From positions 15,218 to 79,217 of the forward strand of contig CAZCCG010000004.1 in assembly GCA_964497535.1 (NCBI GenBank): a DNA stretch of 64,000 bases, written 5' to 3'. Position 1 is the first letter of the stretch. Each line of letters opens with the position of its first letter. The notes under the pieces were generated by a model. It did not search any database and was not told the DNA's origin. It saw nothing but the letters and a program-made list of their open reading frames with translations. The translations under genes and the position numbers were made by a program. Shown here in pieces: positions 19,372 to 30,153 of this stretch. Origin of the DNA: an uncultured Gammaproteobacteria bacterium. GTDB taxonomy: Bacteria; Patescibacteriota; Microgenomatia; Levybacterales; UBA12049.

Positions 19372-19781
19372 AACGAATGTGATGATTTTAAATCTTTCAG
19401 ACTCAAGGTATATATTTTTTCCAACAATTGATTGTTTACTCGTCGAATGGAAAGCCCATGTGGACATGTTTTTACAGAGCATTTACCATCTTTTGTATCT
19501 TGGCAACAGGAAAACAATGATTTTGTGGATAAACTCTCCAAGACTTTTCCCAATTGAATATCTTCAGGTTTTTTTGCAAGCAGATATCCTCCCTGTTTTC
19601 CTTCTATTGCGCGGATGATTCCGGCATTTCGTAAAAGTAACGCGATCTTCCGCAGAAATAAAATTGATAACTGATGTTTTTGGGCAACTTCAGATAAAGG
19701 CAACGGCTTACTCTTTACGGCATCAATAAGCTCATTGAGTAAAATAATGGCGTAATCTTCTTTTTTTGAAACCTGAATCAT
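19368..19781 (-). CDS. Rrf2 family (IscR/SufR-like) transcription regulator
   Basis: DYA, G..GGY.LAK.PEDI; C-terminal Cys cluster SCCQ..C....C; first gene of suf operon. Confidence 0.9.
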   Translation of the reverse strand: MIQVSKKEDYAIILLNELIDAVKSKPLPLSEVAQKHQLSILFLRKIALLLRNAGIIRAIEGKQGGYLLAKKPEDIQLGKVLESLSTKSLFSCCQDTKDGKCSVKTCPHGLSIRRVNNQLLEKIYTLSLKDLKSSHSL

Positions 19782-19852
19782 ACCAAAGTAACCTCTGTAT
19801 TATCTATACTTATACCAAAGTAGTGTTAGTTTACTATGTGCTACTGAAGATG

Positions 19853-21418
19853 TCAATTCTTATTTCCCAGAGGTACTAACTTGTAGATTTCGACAACGGA
19901 TATTTTCCAATGTCCCGCAATATCAGCAGAACCAAAACCTGCCACTTCCCATAATGAATTGCCTAGCGGCTTACAATCAGGATATTCACAAATAACTAGA
20001 AGTTGTTTTGTCACGGTAGTACGATTAGGATCTACAACAGAATTTTGTATAACAACCGGAGGGTTCCCCCACAATGTCAAAAAATATCTATATGCATGAT
20101 CTGAGTTACCACTGGTCAGCAGTGCCAGATTAAATGGTTTTCCCTGGGCTTTATCAAAAACAAACCGTGAAATTTCCTCAGTCTGATTCAGTTGTTTATT
20201 CGCGGGATATAGAACCGGTGATTTTTGCAGACAAAGAAACAAAAAAAGAACAAAACTAATTACAGCTATCCCTTTGTACAAATGATTCTTCTTCCATAAA
20301 AACGCCATAAATGCGCCTAAAAATAAAAATGGTATAGGAAAAAGGAATTGAAAATAGTAATCATAAATCGGCTTTTTATAAAAGCCAAACATTACTATTC
20401 CAATCCCAAACCAGAGAAGGAGTAATGTATATTCAAGGAATTTAGTATCACGCTTTTTCAAAGTCTGCCGATAGTGCCAGAAAAAGAAGAGAGTAAGGAC
20501 TACCCCTACCAAAATCGATACAATAAACAACACTATATCTCGTGATGTTGCCATCTGTTCAATATGAGAATACGGAGGAAAATCCACCAGCAGTCGTGAG
20601 AACAATCTGAAGAAAACATTACCGATATTGGCTAAAAAATCTGCTCCTGCTCCGGTATCTTTTGAGAAAAAAATAAAATTGATTATATTTTTACTATTTT
20701 CAAATCCATGCCTGAATTCAAAAGCTAAAAAGGGCGAAAAACCTACAAGAAAGCCCACTAGGATTATTAATCCACGCTTGATATATTCCTTGATATTTGT
20801 AACAAATTTTGTAGATTTATAAAAAAATGTTCCAACAAATGTATAAAGAATAATAATTAATCCCAAAAATGTTTCAATGTAATGGAGTTGAATATCAATT
20901 CCGTAGAGTATTCCGACAATAAGAAAAAGCCATATTTTATTTTTAGCAATTGCTTTATACAAAACATACAACGTGAGCAGCGTAAATAGCGGCATAACAT
21001 TAGGATTCCAAGAAGATCTTGATGAGATAACAGCAAGCGGAGAAATTGCATAGAAAAAGGCTGCAATTAACCCTGAAGTTTTATTATAAAATTCTGCTCC
21101 AACTTTATAAATAAACCAAACGGTCACAACACCAAGCAATGCGACAAAAATTGATGGACCAACCGGATGACGAAAGATAAAATAGAAGGGGGTTACTAAA
21201 TAGTAATAAATTGGCCCCATGTAGAATCCCCCTACAGATGCGGTGGGACCCAGTAAGGTAAATTTCCTATGTACAATATTCTCAAGAACCAACGAATCTC
21301 TCCCTTCATCGCCAAGAAAAGTCATGTAGTCTGCTATATGATATAGTCTTAAAAAAGCAGCTACTACTAGAATAAGAAGAAGAATTATTATCTCTTTTTT
21401 TTTAAGAATTTTTTGCAT
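19853..21418 (-). CDS. ArnT/PMT-family (GT-C) membrane glycosyltransferase
   Basis: FLGDEGRD, GPIYYY, SRSSWNPN; many TM segments. Confidence 0.85.
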   Translation of the reverse strand: MQKILKKKEIIILLLILVVAAFLRLYHIADYMTFLGDEGRDSLVLENIVHRKFTLLGPTASVGGFYMGPIYYYLVTPFYFIFRHPVGPSIFVALLGVVTVWFIYKVGAEFYNKTSGLIAAFFYAISPLAVISSRSSWNPNVMPLFTLLTLYVLYKAIAKNKIWLFLIVGILYGIDIQLHYIETFLGLIIILYTFVGTFFYKSTKFVTNIKEYIKRGLIILVGFLVGFSPFLAFEFRHGFENSKNIINFIFFSKDTGAGADFLANIGNVFFRLFSRLLVDFPPYSHIEQMATSRDIVLFIVSILVGVVLTLFFFWHYRQTLKKRDTKFLEYTLLLLWFGIGIVMFGFYKKPIYDYYFQFLFPIPFLFLGAFMAFLWKKNHLYKGIAVISFVLFLFLCLQKSPVLYPANKQLNQTEEISRFVFDKAQGKPFNLALLTSGNSDHAYRYFLTLWGNPPVVIQNSVVDPNRTTVTKQLLVICEYPDCKPLGNSLWEVAGFGSADIAGHWKISVVEIYKLVPLGNKN

Positions 21419-22637
21419 CTTTTAAATATTGTGTCTTCCAAATAATTTTATTGTAAATAAGGTAATTGAGGGGAATAACGACTAAAATAATTGTTGGAAT
21501 TAAAATTGCAATTCTAACCGGAACCGTATAAGAGAATAGTTTAACACTCGTGCCCATATAATTAATAGCAATAGAAACTGCCAACACTTGAACTAAAATT
21601 GAAGCCAGGGATGTAAGATTGAATTTCAGTAACCGGATAATTCCGGGTGAACTTTCTTTTAATTTCCTTGTATCTCCAAATGTCCAGAAGTTATTAATTA
21701 AAAAATTTGAGATAATTGCTGACTCAGCCCCAATTCCTACAGCAATTGCATTCCCCAGTCCCGCAACAGTATCGTGAAAAAAACCGGCTTGGTACGGAAA
21801 AAGAAGTCCTGCCAAGCCAAAAGCCACCCCTGTTAAAATAGATCCTTCCTGAGTCCCTATTTGTACAACAAATCCTGTTCCTCCAACAATAAGGAACCGG
21901 ATAAACCGTTGTGAATCACGTAATCTCAACCGTACCACCAATGCAAAGGAATCATAAAGATTATTGGTATCCATTTTACTTTTTCCCTTTGTCCGCTCAT
22001 AAAAAATAATAGGAACCTCTTTTACTTTCGCGCCAAGTTTGGCTATTTCATATAGTATTTGCAGCTTGTATGCATAATCCTTTGAATAGAGATGATCTAA
22101 ATTTACTTTTTTAAGGTATGCTGTCTTTGTGAGTTTAAATCCTGAAGTCATATCATGAATATTAAAATTAAGCCAAACAATTCTCGCAAAAAGACTCCCA
22201 AAGATGCTTTTTATTTTTCGATCAAAACCCCATTCTTTTGGAATTTGACCACCGGGAATATACCTACTACCAATAACATAATCTGCACCTTCATCCATTG
22301 CTTTAATAAGACGAGGAATATCATGAGGGTCATGTTGAAAATCAGCATCAAATTCTATAACTGCATCTGCATGCATTTTTTCCATTGCATATTTCATTGC
22401 CCGTATATATGCTGACCCTAACCCTTGCTTATCTCCTTCCAATAACTCTATATTTTTCCATTGCTTCATATAAGAACGGACAACATCCGCCGTACCATCA
22501 GGAGATTTGTCATCGGCAATCAGTAAATACATGGTATGATTTTTTACTTTTGGGAAAACTTCTTTTTCCAAAAGTGGAATCATTTTCTCCATATTTACTT
22601 TTTCGTTATACGTTGGGGAAATAACCACTATTTTCAT
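21402..22637 (-). CDS. Polyprenol-phosphate glycosyltransferase (GT2, DPM-like) fused to GtrA-like domain
   Basis: PTYNE, DDKSPDGT, DADFQHDP, D.TSGF; C-terminal RFLIVGG..NF..NNFWTF. Confidence 0.85.
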   Translation of the reverse strand: MKIVVISPTYNEKVNMEKMIPLLEKEVFPKVKNHTMYLLIADDKSPDGTADVVRSYMKQWKNIELLEGDKQGLGSAYIRAMKYAMEKMHADAVIEFDADFQHDPHDIPRLIKAMDEGADYVIGSRYIPGGQIPKEWGFDRKIKSIFGSLFARIVWLNFNIHDMTSGFKLTKTAYLKKVNLDHLYSKDYAYKLQILYEIAKLGAKVKEVPIIFYERTKGKSKMDTNNLYDSFALVVRLRLRDSQRFIRFLIVGGTGFVVQIGTQEGSILTGVAFGLAGLLFPYQAGFFHDTVAGLGNAIAVGIGAESAIISNFLINNFWTFGDTRKLKESSPGIIRLLKFNLTSLASILVQVLAVSIAINYMGTSVKLFSYTVPVRIAILIPTIILVVIPLNYLIYNKIIWKTQYLKDAKNS

Positions 22638-22644
22638 ATATTTA

Positions 22645-23460
22645 TTATACCGATGCGTTTTCTGTAGTTTTATAATTATTTATATGATGACTCTTCTGAT
22701 TTTTCGCTGAATAATGCTGGGGGTTAACCAACAATTCTTTCATCCGTGCACCAATGACATATTGCATCAAGTTAATAATATATTGTACAGGAGTTATTTT
22801 GGAATGTCCAAGCACCCGATCCGTAGCATGAAAAGGCACCTCTGCGATTTTAAATCCATCTTGTACCGCCTTATGTAAAAAAGCCACATTAAATGTATAT
22901 CCGGTATACATTTTTGCTTTATTTTTTTCTTTTAGAATCACTTCTTTTCTTATTGCTCGATACCCGCCTGTCCAATCATGGATAGAAAAACGGAACAATA
23001 TTACCCGTACCAAATAATTTCCGCAAATTGAGAATATTTTTCTATGGAGTCCCCAATTGGAAGGGATTGATCCTCCATTACTATATCGGGTCCCAATTAC
23101 AATATCATATCCTTGATCAATTTTCTTTAAAAACTCCCCGATTTTTAATGGATCATGAAAAAAATCGGCATCCATAGTGAAAATAATCTCAGCATGCATA
23201 TTTTTCCGAGAGTAATCCATTCCTCTTACATAAGCTGCACCTAAACCTTTTTTAGGACCACTGCTAAGCTCTAGATTTTTCCATTTTTTCATCATTTTTT
23301 TTACTTCATGTGCCGTCCCATCTGGCGATGAATCATCACAAACTAAAATATTCATAGAATGTTTTTTAATCGTAGGGAAAACTTTACTCTCCAATATTGT
23401 AATTAGTTTTTCAATATTGCCTTTTTCGTTATATGTTGGAAGAATAATAACTACTTTCAT
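22645..23460 (-). CDS. Polyprenol monophosphomannose synthase-like GT2
   Basis: PTYNE, DDSSPDGT, MDADFFHDP, DWTGGYR. Confidence 0.85.
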   Translation of the reverse strand: MKVVIILPTYNEKGNIEKLITILESKVFPTIKKHSMNILVCDDSSPDGTAHEVKKMMKKWKNLELSSGPKKGLGAAYVRGMDYSRKNMHAEIIFTMDADFFHDPLKIGEFLKKIDQGYDIVIGTRYSNGGSIPSNWGLHRKIFSICGNYLVRVILFRFSIHDWTGGYRAIRKEVILKEKNKAKMYTGYTFNVAFLHKAVQDGFKIAEVPFHATDRVLGHSKITPVQYIINLMQYVIGARMKELLVNPQHYSAKNQKSHHINNYKTTENASV

Positions 23461-23471
23461 TGTTTATATTT

Positions 23472-24431
23472 TCAAACTGTTTTAAAATAGTCAATTGTTG
23501 CTTTAAGTCCATCTTGTAAACTTACTTTCGGTTTCCAGGAAAGTAATTTTTGTGCTTTTGTTATATCCGGACACCGTTTTTTCGGATCATCCTGGGGAAG
23601 CTGTTTGAATATAATTTCTGATTGTGTTGCAGTCATTTCCTTGATAATGGTAGCAAGCTCTTCAACAGTCCGTTCATCAGGGTTACCCAGATTAATAACC
23701 TCACCCTTTGTCCCGGAAGTAATCATTGCACTAAGAAGTCCCTCAACTAAATCGCTGACGTAACAAAAGCTTCTCGTTTGTAGTCCTTCCCCGTAAATAG
23801 TCATAGGACTCTGGGCTAACGCTTGAGTTATAAAATTTGATACCACCCTTCCGTCGTCTTTTTGCATATAAGGTCCATAGGTATTAAAAATCCGTACAAT
23901 GCGAACATCGATGTAAAATTTTCGAAGATATGCAAATGTTATTGCTTCACCAAAACGTTTTGCCTCATCATAAACTGAACGTACACCATTTGGATTTACA
24001 TTTCCAAAATAGGTTTCCACTTGTGGTGATATTTGAGGATCTCCATACACTTCAGATGTTGAAGCAAATAGAAAAGTACTATTATTTTTTCTCGCTAATT
24101 CGAGTAAGTGATAAGTACCGGTAGAATTAACTAGTAAAGTTTCTATAGGATAATTAATATAGCTTGTTTTACTCTCCTTATTTGGTGAAGCGGGACTTGC
24201 AAGATGGAAAATATAATCAATCGTACCGAACTTTTCAAGAGAGGATATATCTTTTATAATATCAAGTTCAACAAAAGTGAAATTTTTTTGTGAAGAAAGG
24301 TCTTTTATATTGTCTTTATTTCCCGTAAGAAGATTGTCAACACAAATTACGTCATAGTACTGTTTCAGAAGCTTTCTGCAAAGATGAGAGCCAATGAAGC
24401 CTGCTCCTCCTGCTATTAGTGCTTTTTTCAT
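23472..24431 (-). CDS. UDP-glucuronate decarboxylase (UXS-like SDR)
   Basis: GGAGFIGSHL, HLASPASP, STSEVYGDP, YDEAKR, DDGRVVSNF. Confidence 0.9.
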   Translation of the reverse strand: MKKALIAGGAGFIGSHLCRKLLKQYYDVICVDNLLTGNKDNIKDLSSQKNFTFVELDIIKDISSLEKFGTIDYIFHLASPASPNKESKTSYINYPIETLLVNSTGTYHLLELARKNNSTFLFASTSEVYGDPQISPQVETYFGNVNPNGVRSVYDEAKRFGEAITFAYLRKFYIDVRIVRIFNTYGPYMQKDDGRVVSNFITQALAQSPMTIYGEGLQTRSFCYVSDLVEGLLSAMITSGTKGEVINLGNPDERTVEELATIIKEMTATQSEIIFKQLPQDDPKKRCPDITKAQKLLSWKPKVSLQDGLKATIDYFKTV

Positions 24432-25403
24432 TCAGCTCTTCTCCTGTTCACGCTCCAAATCTGCTTTTACCATCATTTCAACAAGCTGCTTAAAGCTTGT
24501 TTTTGGTTCCCACCCTAAAACTTTTTTTGCTTTACTATAATCTCCAACCAACAAATCAACCTCTGCCGGGCGGAGATATTTGTCATTATTAGACTCAACA
24601 TATTGCTGCCAATCATGTATACCAACTGCATCAAATGCCAACTCAACAAATTCACGCACAGAATGAGTTTCTCCAGTAGCAATTACATAATCATCAGGCT
24701 TATCTTGCTGCATCATCAACCACATTGCCTCTATATAGTCACCCGCAAATCCCCAATCTCTCTTAGAGTCCATATTCCCAAGTACTAATCGAGATTGTTT
24801 TCCCAGTGAAATTCTGGCTACCGCATGGCTTATTTTCCGAGTAACAAATTCTAGTCCTCGTCGAGGTGATTCGTGATTAAATAATATACCGGAGCACGCG
24901 AACATATCATAACTTTCTCTATAATTCACGGTTATATAATGCCCATATACTTTTGCAACTCCGTAAGGACTGCGGGGATAAAAACGAGTTGTTTCTTTTT
25001 GCGGTGTTTCGATAACTTTTCCAAACATTTCTGAAGATGATGCTTGATAAAATTTTATTGAAGGATTAACCCGTCTCACTGCTTCCAATACGCGCGTAAC
25101 ACCTAAACCCGTATACTCTCCGGTTAGTACTGCTTGATTCCAGGATGTTTTTACAAATGACTGAGCCGCGAGATTATAAACTTCATCCGGATGAGAATAT
25201 TCTATTGCTTCTGTTAATGAACTTTGATCAAGTAAATCTGCAGACAGAATTTCTATTTGGTCCTCAAAGTGCTTGATACGTTCATTATTAACGGTACTGG
25301 TACGTCGTGTAGTACCATATACTTTATATCCTTTTTTCAGCAATAACTCAGCCAGATAAGAAGCATCCTGGCCAGTAACACCTGTAATAAGTGCTCTTTT
25401 CAT
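24432..25403 (-). CDS. gmd: GDP-mannose 4,6-dehydratase
   Basis: [39 protein letters not shown]. Confidence 0.95.
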   Translation of the reverse strand: MKRALITGVTGQDASYLAELLLKKGYKVYGTTRRTSTVNNERIKHFEDQIEILSADLLDQSSLTEAIEYSHPDEVYNLAAQSFVKTSWNQAVLTGEYTGLGVTRVLEAVRRVNPSIKFYQASSSEMFGKVIETPQKETTRFYPRSPYGVAKVYGHYITVNYRESYDMFACSGILFNHESPRRGLEFVTRKISHAVARISLGKQSRLVLGNMDSKRDWGFAGDYIEAMWLMMQQDKPDDYVIATGETHSVREFVELAFDAVGIHDWQQYVESNNDKYLRPAEVDLLVGDYSKAKKVLGWEPKTSFKQLVEMMVKADLEREQEKS

Positions 25404-25414
25404 ATAATCCTATT

Positions 25415-26368
25415 TTATACAATATTTCGCCAATAGTCGAGGGTCCTTTTTAGTGTCTCTTCAATCGGAACTTTTGGCTGCCAGCCCGTAATCATATGAA
25501 GCTTTGAATAATCACATACAATATCTGCAATATCACTGGGACGAAGTAATTGTTGATCTGTTTCTATAGTAATTTTTGTTAATGAAAGTTCAAGCAATTT
25601 TTTTAGTATGTCTGCTATTTTATAACTTTTTCCCGAACCGATGTTATACACTTCTCCTGGTAGCCCTTTTTCCAGAATCAAATGATAAGCACGCACCATA
25701 TCGGAGACATCGGTAAAATCACGCTTTGACTCAAGATTTCCAACATGCATTATCGGTTCTTGTTTCTTTTTTTCAATCTCGGCAATCTGTTTGGAAAAAG
25801 CAGATATAACAAATTGAGGAGATAATCGGGGACCTACATGATTAAAGGGTCGAATCCGAATAATGGGGATGTTATACGTTATGAAATATTGTAGACCCAA
25901 GTAATCCTGTGCGATCTTAGAAACTGCATAAGGACTTGTTGGACGCAGAGGTGTATTTTCCTTAACTGGAAGATCCTGCGGAGCTATCATCCCATACATA
26001 TCTCCTGATGCGACAATGAGTACTCGTGTATGAAAAAGTTTTTGTTTTCGCAGAGCCTCAAGGACATTCACTTCTGCGGTAATGTTATTTGTCAAAAATG
26101 ATGATGGGTTTTTAAAACTATCCGCAGGAGAAGGTAATGCAGCTAAATGATAAATAAAGTCAGGATGGACAGAGCCAATGATATCTGAAATTTTTTGCTC
26201 GTCTTGTAGATCTACCTGGATTAACTGAATATCTGCAGAAGTTATATTTTTTTTACTATCTGTTGTTAGGTATGTTCCAGATATTTCAAATTCATGAAGA
26301 GATTCCAGATAATGAGCTAGATGGCTTCCTGCAAAACCAGTAATTCCTGTTATAAAAACTTTTTTCAT
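25415..26368 (-). CDS. rmd: GDP-4-keto-6-deoxy-D-mannose reductase-like SDR
   Basis: GITGFAGSHL, SPYAVSK, RPFNHVGP, GNL..KRDFTDV; adjacent to gmd. Confidence 0.75.
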   Translation of the reverse strand: MKKVFITGITGFAGSHLAHYLESLHEFEISGTYLTTDSKKNITSADIQLIQVDLQDEQKISDIIGSVHPDFIYHLAALPSPADSFKNPSSFLTNNITAEVNVLEALRKQKLFHTRVLIVASGDMYGMIAPQDLPVKENTPLRPTSPYAVSKIAQDYLGLQYFITYNIPIIRIRPFNHVGPRLSPQFVISAFSKQIAEIEKKKQEPIMHVGNLESKRDFTDVSDMVRAYHLILEKGLPGEVYNIGSGKSYKIADILKKLLELSLTKITIETDQQLLRPSDIADIVCDYSKLHMITGWQPKVPIEETLKRTLDYWRNIV

Positions 26369-27678
26369 CTGCCAACACCTATATAGGTAAACCCTAATTC
26401 GCGGGCTTTATGAGGATCATAAATATTTCTTCCATCTATTAAATTTGGTTTTCGCAAAAGTTTTTTGATTTTTGAAAGATCCAGTTGACGAAATTCATTC
26501 CATTCCGTAGCAATAATTAAAGCATCAGCATCTTTTGCTGCAGTATAAGCATCCTGAGTAAACAAAACAGAATCCCCCATTATCCGTTCCGCATTTTTCA
26601 TAGCAACTGGATCATAGGCTTGAATTATTATCCCTGACTTCAGCAATTCTTTTATAATAGTCAAAGCCGGTGCTTCTCTCATATCATCAGTGTCGGGCTT
26701 GAAGGATAATCCTAAAATGCCTACTTTTTGTCCTTTCAGGTTATCTCCCAATAATTTTCTCGTTTTATCTACAATTCCTATCATTGCTTGCTTATTGATA
26801 TGTTCTACAATCTTGAGCAATTGGAAATCATATCCATAATCTCCGGCGATTGAAATAAGAGCTTTGACATCTTTAGGAAAACAGCTACCGCCATACCCTG
26901 CTCCTGCATTGAGAAATGAACCACCGATACGCTTATCAAGTCCGATTGCTTCCAAAACGGTTGGCCCATCAGCATATGCATGCTCACAAAGTTGTGCAAT
27001 TGCATTAGCAAAAGAGATCTTTGTCGCTAAAAATGCATTTGATGCATACTTAATCATTTCTGCAGTTTCAATCGTAGTAAGTACTAACTTTGTAGGGTTG
27101 GTCTCATTATTTACAATAGGCATATGAAGTTCTACCAAAAGATTCTTAGCTTTTTTTGACTCTGTCCCAATAACAACGCGGTCAGGATGGAATGTATCTC
27201 CAATTGCCTGGCCTTCCCTCAGAAATTCCGGTACTGATGCGATATCAAATTCTGCACTATGAGATTTAACCTGCTCAATAACTTCTTTCACTTTTTTATT
27301 TGTGCCTACAGGAACGGTACTTTTTGTAATAACGACTGTATATCCTTCTAGGTTTTCTCCCACTTTTTTAGCTACATCAAATACAACAGAAAGATCTGCG
27401 GAACCATCAGGCTGGGGAGGAGTACCAACTGCAATGAACACAACATCAGACTGAGGAATTGCGGGAGAATAATCTAAGGTAAATAAGAGACGTTTGGCTT
27501 TAACATTTCTTTTTACAATTTCATCAAGACCAGGTTCATATATAGGAATCATACCTTTTTTTAAGTCTTCCACTTTTTCAGGAGTATGTCCAATAACCCA
27601 AACTGTATTTCCTAAGTCAGCAAAAACAGCAGCCGTAACGAGTCCTACATATCCGTGTCCAATAAATGTAATTGTCAT
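26365..27678 (-). CDS. ugd: UDP-glucose 6-dehydrogenase
   Basis: GHGYVGL, KSTVPVGT, PEFLREG, GYGGSCFPKD, FKPDTDDMRE. Confidence 0.95.
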   Translation of the reverse strand: MTITFIGHGYVGLVTAAVFADLGNTVWVIGHTPEKVEDLKKGMIPIYEPGLDEIVKRNVKAKRLLFTLDYSPAIPQSDVVFIAVGTPPQPDGSADLSVVFDVAKKVGENLEGYTVVITKSTVPVGTNKKVKEVIEQVKSHSAEFDIASVPEFLREGQAIGDTFHPDRVVIGTESKKAKNLLVELHMPIVNNETNPTKLVLTTIETAEMIKYASNAFLATKISFANAIAQLCEHAYADGPTVLEAIGLDKRIGGSFLNAGAGYGGSCFPKDVKALISIAGDYGYDFQLLKIVEHINKQAMIGIVDKTRKLLGDNLKGQKVGILGLSFKPDTDDMREAPALTIIKELLKSGIIIQAYDPVAMKNAERIMGDSVLFTQDAYTAAKDADALIIATEWNEFRQLDLSKIKKLLRKPNLIDGRNIYDPHKARELGFTYIGVGR

Positions 27679-27701
27679 ATTATAATTTAAAAAATTGAAT
27701 T

Positions 27702-28637
27702 CTACACTCTCATTTGGTCTTTCACCTGTATTAGTCCTTCTTCCAAACTCTTCGTCATTATCCCTAAGGTTTCTATTTTAGCATTTTTTAGCGTTAAATT
27801 AAAAGGCCGTTTTGCACGACCATGAAAAAATTCGTCGCGGGTTGTTGTAGCAATCAAATCTTCTTCAAAACCAAATACTTTCGCAACGAGACGTGCCGCT
27901 TCATAAGGAGATATTGCTTGATTTCCTACCGTATGAAAAATCCCTGTCAGCTCTTTTTCTATCAAAACATCAAAAATAGTGGCAAAATCATCAATAAACG
28001 TCGGGCAGATAATGTGATCCGTGATCATAGAAAGTTTTTGATTTGCAGATAACCGTTCTATAATAAAACGGATAAAATCCTTTTTAACAAAATCTGACCT
28101 ATAAGGATAGGCAAGACGCATAATAGCCCATGGTATCTTACTCTGTTTGACCCTATTCTCCCCCTCATATTTCGTCCTCCCATACCAGTCTATAGGATTT
28201 GGTTTATCATCTTCTGTATACCCATTTAACGGAGCATCATCTCCACTAAAAACAAAATCCGTCGAGACATATATAATTTTTTTACCCGTCTGTTCACATG
28301 CCGATACAACGTTTTGAGTACCCATTACATTGATTGCCCACGCGGTTTGTTTTTCTTTCCACTCTTTTTCTTGTTCTTCTATATCTTTATATCCCAATAT
28401 CTTACTGTCTTCTTCATGATCTCTTTCACATCCGTCGACATCGGCTTTTGCAGCCAGATGGAATACAACTGAAGCGTCTGATTTTTTAATTTCATGATAA
28501 ATCAACTCTTTATTAGTTATATCTATTCCACTACTTCGGCTAACAAATTCAAATTCATATCGGTTCTGAAGTAGTTGCTCCACTCGTGAACCTACTAATC
28601 CAGACAATCCAATACCAAGAATTTTATGTTTATTCAT
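27702..28637 (-). CDS. rmlD: dTDP-4-dehydrorhamnose reductase
   Basis: G.SGLVG, DVDGCE, STDFVFSG, YGRTK.EGE. Confidence 0.85.
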   Translation of the reverse strand: MNKHKILGIGLSGLVGSRVEQLLQNRYEFEFVSRSSGIDITNKELIYHEIKKSDASVVFHLAAKADVDGCERDHEEDSKILGYKDIEEQEKEWKEKQTAWAINVMGTQNVVSACEQTGKKIIYVSTDFVFSGDDAPLNGYTEDDKPNPIDWYGRTKYEGENRVKQSKIPWAIMRLAYPYRSDFVKKDFIRFIIERLSANQKLSMITDHIICPTFIDDFATIFDVLIEKELTGIFHTVGNQAISPYEAARLVAKVFGFEEDLIATTTRDEFFHGRAKRPFNLTLKNAKIETLGIMTKSLEEGLIQVKDQMRV

Positions 28638-28640
28638 ATG

Positions 28641-29120
28641 CTATTTGCTCGTGAAAAAGGGTACAGAAAATGGCGTTTCTAGATAATCATAATATCGTTT
28701 GATAGTGGACAAATGATCAAATGCAAATTGTTCGTCGGGAGGTAAATCTGTTTGTGACACCCATTTAATTTCTGTTACCTCCTTATTCAAAGTCGGTTTA
28801 CCCCCAATTACTTCTGCTATAAATCGGAATTCCACATTCTGTCTATCTTCTTTCGGTCTATGAGGACTATCTATTATTTCAAAAAGCATTTTAATTTTTC
28901 CGTTAAATCCTGTTTCTTCTCTCAATTCCCGTAATGCTCCTTGCTCTACATTTTCATCTCTGTCCAAAAATCCTCCCGGTACAGTATATTTATAGGGATT
29001 TGTAACATTTTTTGAGCGTTTTATGAGAAGGACTTGCTTCTGTTCGTTTAGGATAATTACTGCAACAGTTACGTGTCTAAAAAGAACCTGATGGCCGTTT
29101 TCCAAGGTACATTTAATCAT
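28641..29120 (-). CDS. NUDIX hydrolase
   Basis: PGGFLD..E....ALRELREETG Nudix box. Confidence 0.9.
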   Translation of the reverse strand: MIKCTLENGHQVLFRHVTVAVIILNEQKQVLLIKRSKNVTNPYKYTVPGGFLDRDENVEQGALRELREETGFNGKIKMLFEIIDSPHRPKEDRQNVEFRFIAEVIGGKPTLNKEVTEIKWVSQTDLPPDEQFAFDHLSTIKRYYDYLETPFSVPFFTSK

Positions 29121-30130
29121 CTATTTTGATATTGCTTGGTGTAATATTCATGGTATGCACCACTTTTAACTCGTTTCCACCAATCCTGATGTGTTGTATA
29201 CCACTGTACCGTTTTTATAAGCCATTCTTCAAAGGTATGTCGTGGCTCCCATCCTAATTCTGTTTTGATCTTAGACCAATCTACATCATATCTCCTATCA
29301 TGTCCCGGTCGATCCTTTACAAATTTTATTGAGGCTTCATTTTTATCCATAATTTTTAAAATTCTTTTTACAACTTCTACATTGGGAATTAATTTGGTCA
29401 TCCCTCCTACAACATATGTTTCTCCGATTTTTCCATCGGATAACACCATATCAATTGCCCGACAGTGGTCTTCAACATACAACCAATCCCGGACATACAA
29501 CCCATCACCATATACGGGCACTTTTTTACCTTCTAAAATATTTGTGATTGCCAATGGAATCAATTTTTCAGGGAACATATAGGGACCAAAGTTATTGGAA
29601 CAATTTGTAATGGTAATCGGCAAATTATAGGTAGTATGGTAGGCCCTTACAAAATGATCTGAAGCAGCTTTACTAGCTGCATAAGGACTTCGAGGAGCAT
29701 AAGCAGTATTTTCGTCAAATTTTTTCGGATCATCAAGGCTTAGGCTACCAAATACTTCGTCTGTTGAAACATGATGAAACCGTTTTACTTTTAACTCAAG
29801 GGCAGCATTCAAAAGTACTTGAGTACCTAATACATTTGTCAAAACAAACGGGGAGGGATCCATAATAGAGCGGTCAACATGGGTCTCTGCTGCAAAATTT
29901 ACTACAATATCACACTCCTGCATTGCTTTCTCAACAGCTTTTCCGTCACAAATATCACCATGAACAAATATATAATTTGGGTTATGCTCAACTTGCGCAA
30001 GGTTCTCTAAATTTCCTGCATACGTCAACTTATCAAAGTTAACAATAGAATCAGCAGGGTGGTTTTTCATCCAGTATAAAATAAAATTTGAGCCAATAAA
30101 ACCAGCTCCGCCTGTTACAAACAATCTCAT
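29117..30130 (-). CDS. rmlB: dTDP-glucose 4,6-dehydratase
   Basis: GGAGFIGSNF, DKLTYAGN, AAETHVDRS, STDEVFG, DRPGHDRRY. Confidence 0.97.
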   Translation of the reverse strand: MRLFVTGGAGFIGSNFILYWMKNHPADSIVNFDKLTYAGNLENLAQVEHNPNYIFVHGDICDGKAVEKAMQECDIVVNFAAETHVDRSIMDPSPFVLTNVLGTQVLLNAALELKVKRFHHVSTDEVFGSLSLDDPKKFDENTAYAPRSPYAASKAASDHFVRAYHTTYNLPITITNCSNNFGPYMFPEKLIPLAITNILEGKKVPVYGDGLYVRDWLYVEDHCRAIDMVLSDGKIGETYVVGGMTKLIPNVEVVKRILKIMDKNEASIKFVKDRPGHDRRYDVDWSKIKTELGWEPRHTFEEWLIKTVQWYTTHQDWWKRVKSGAYHEYYTKQYQNR

Positions 30131-30153
30131 ATTTTATCCTTTCTTATAATGCA

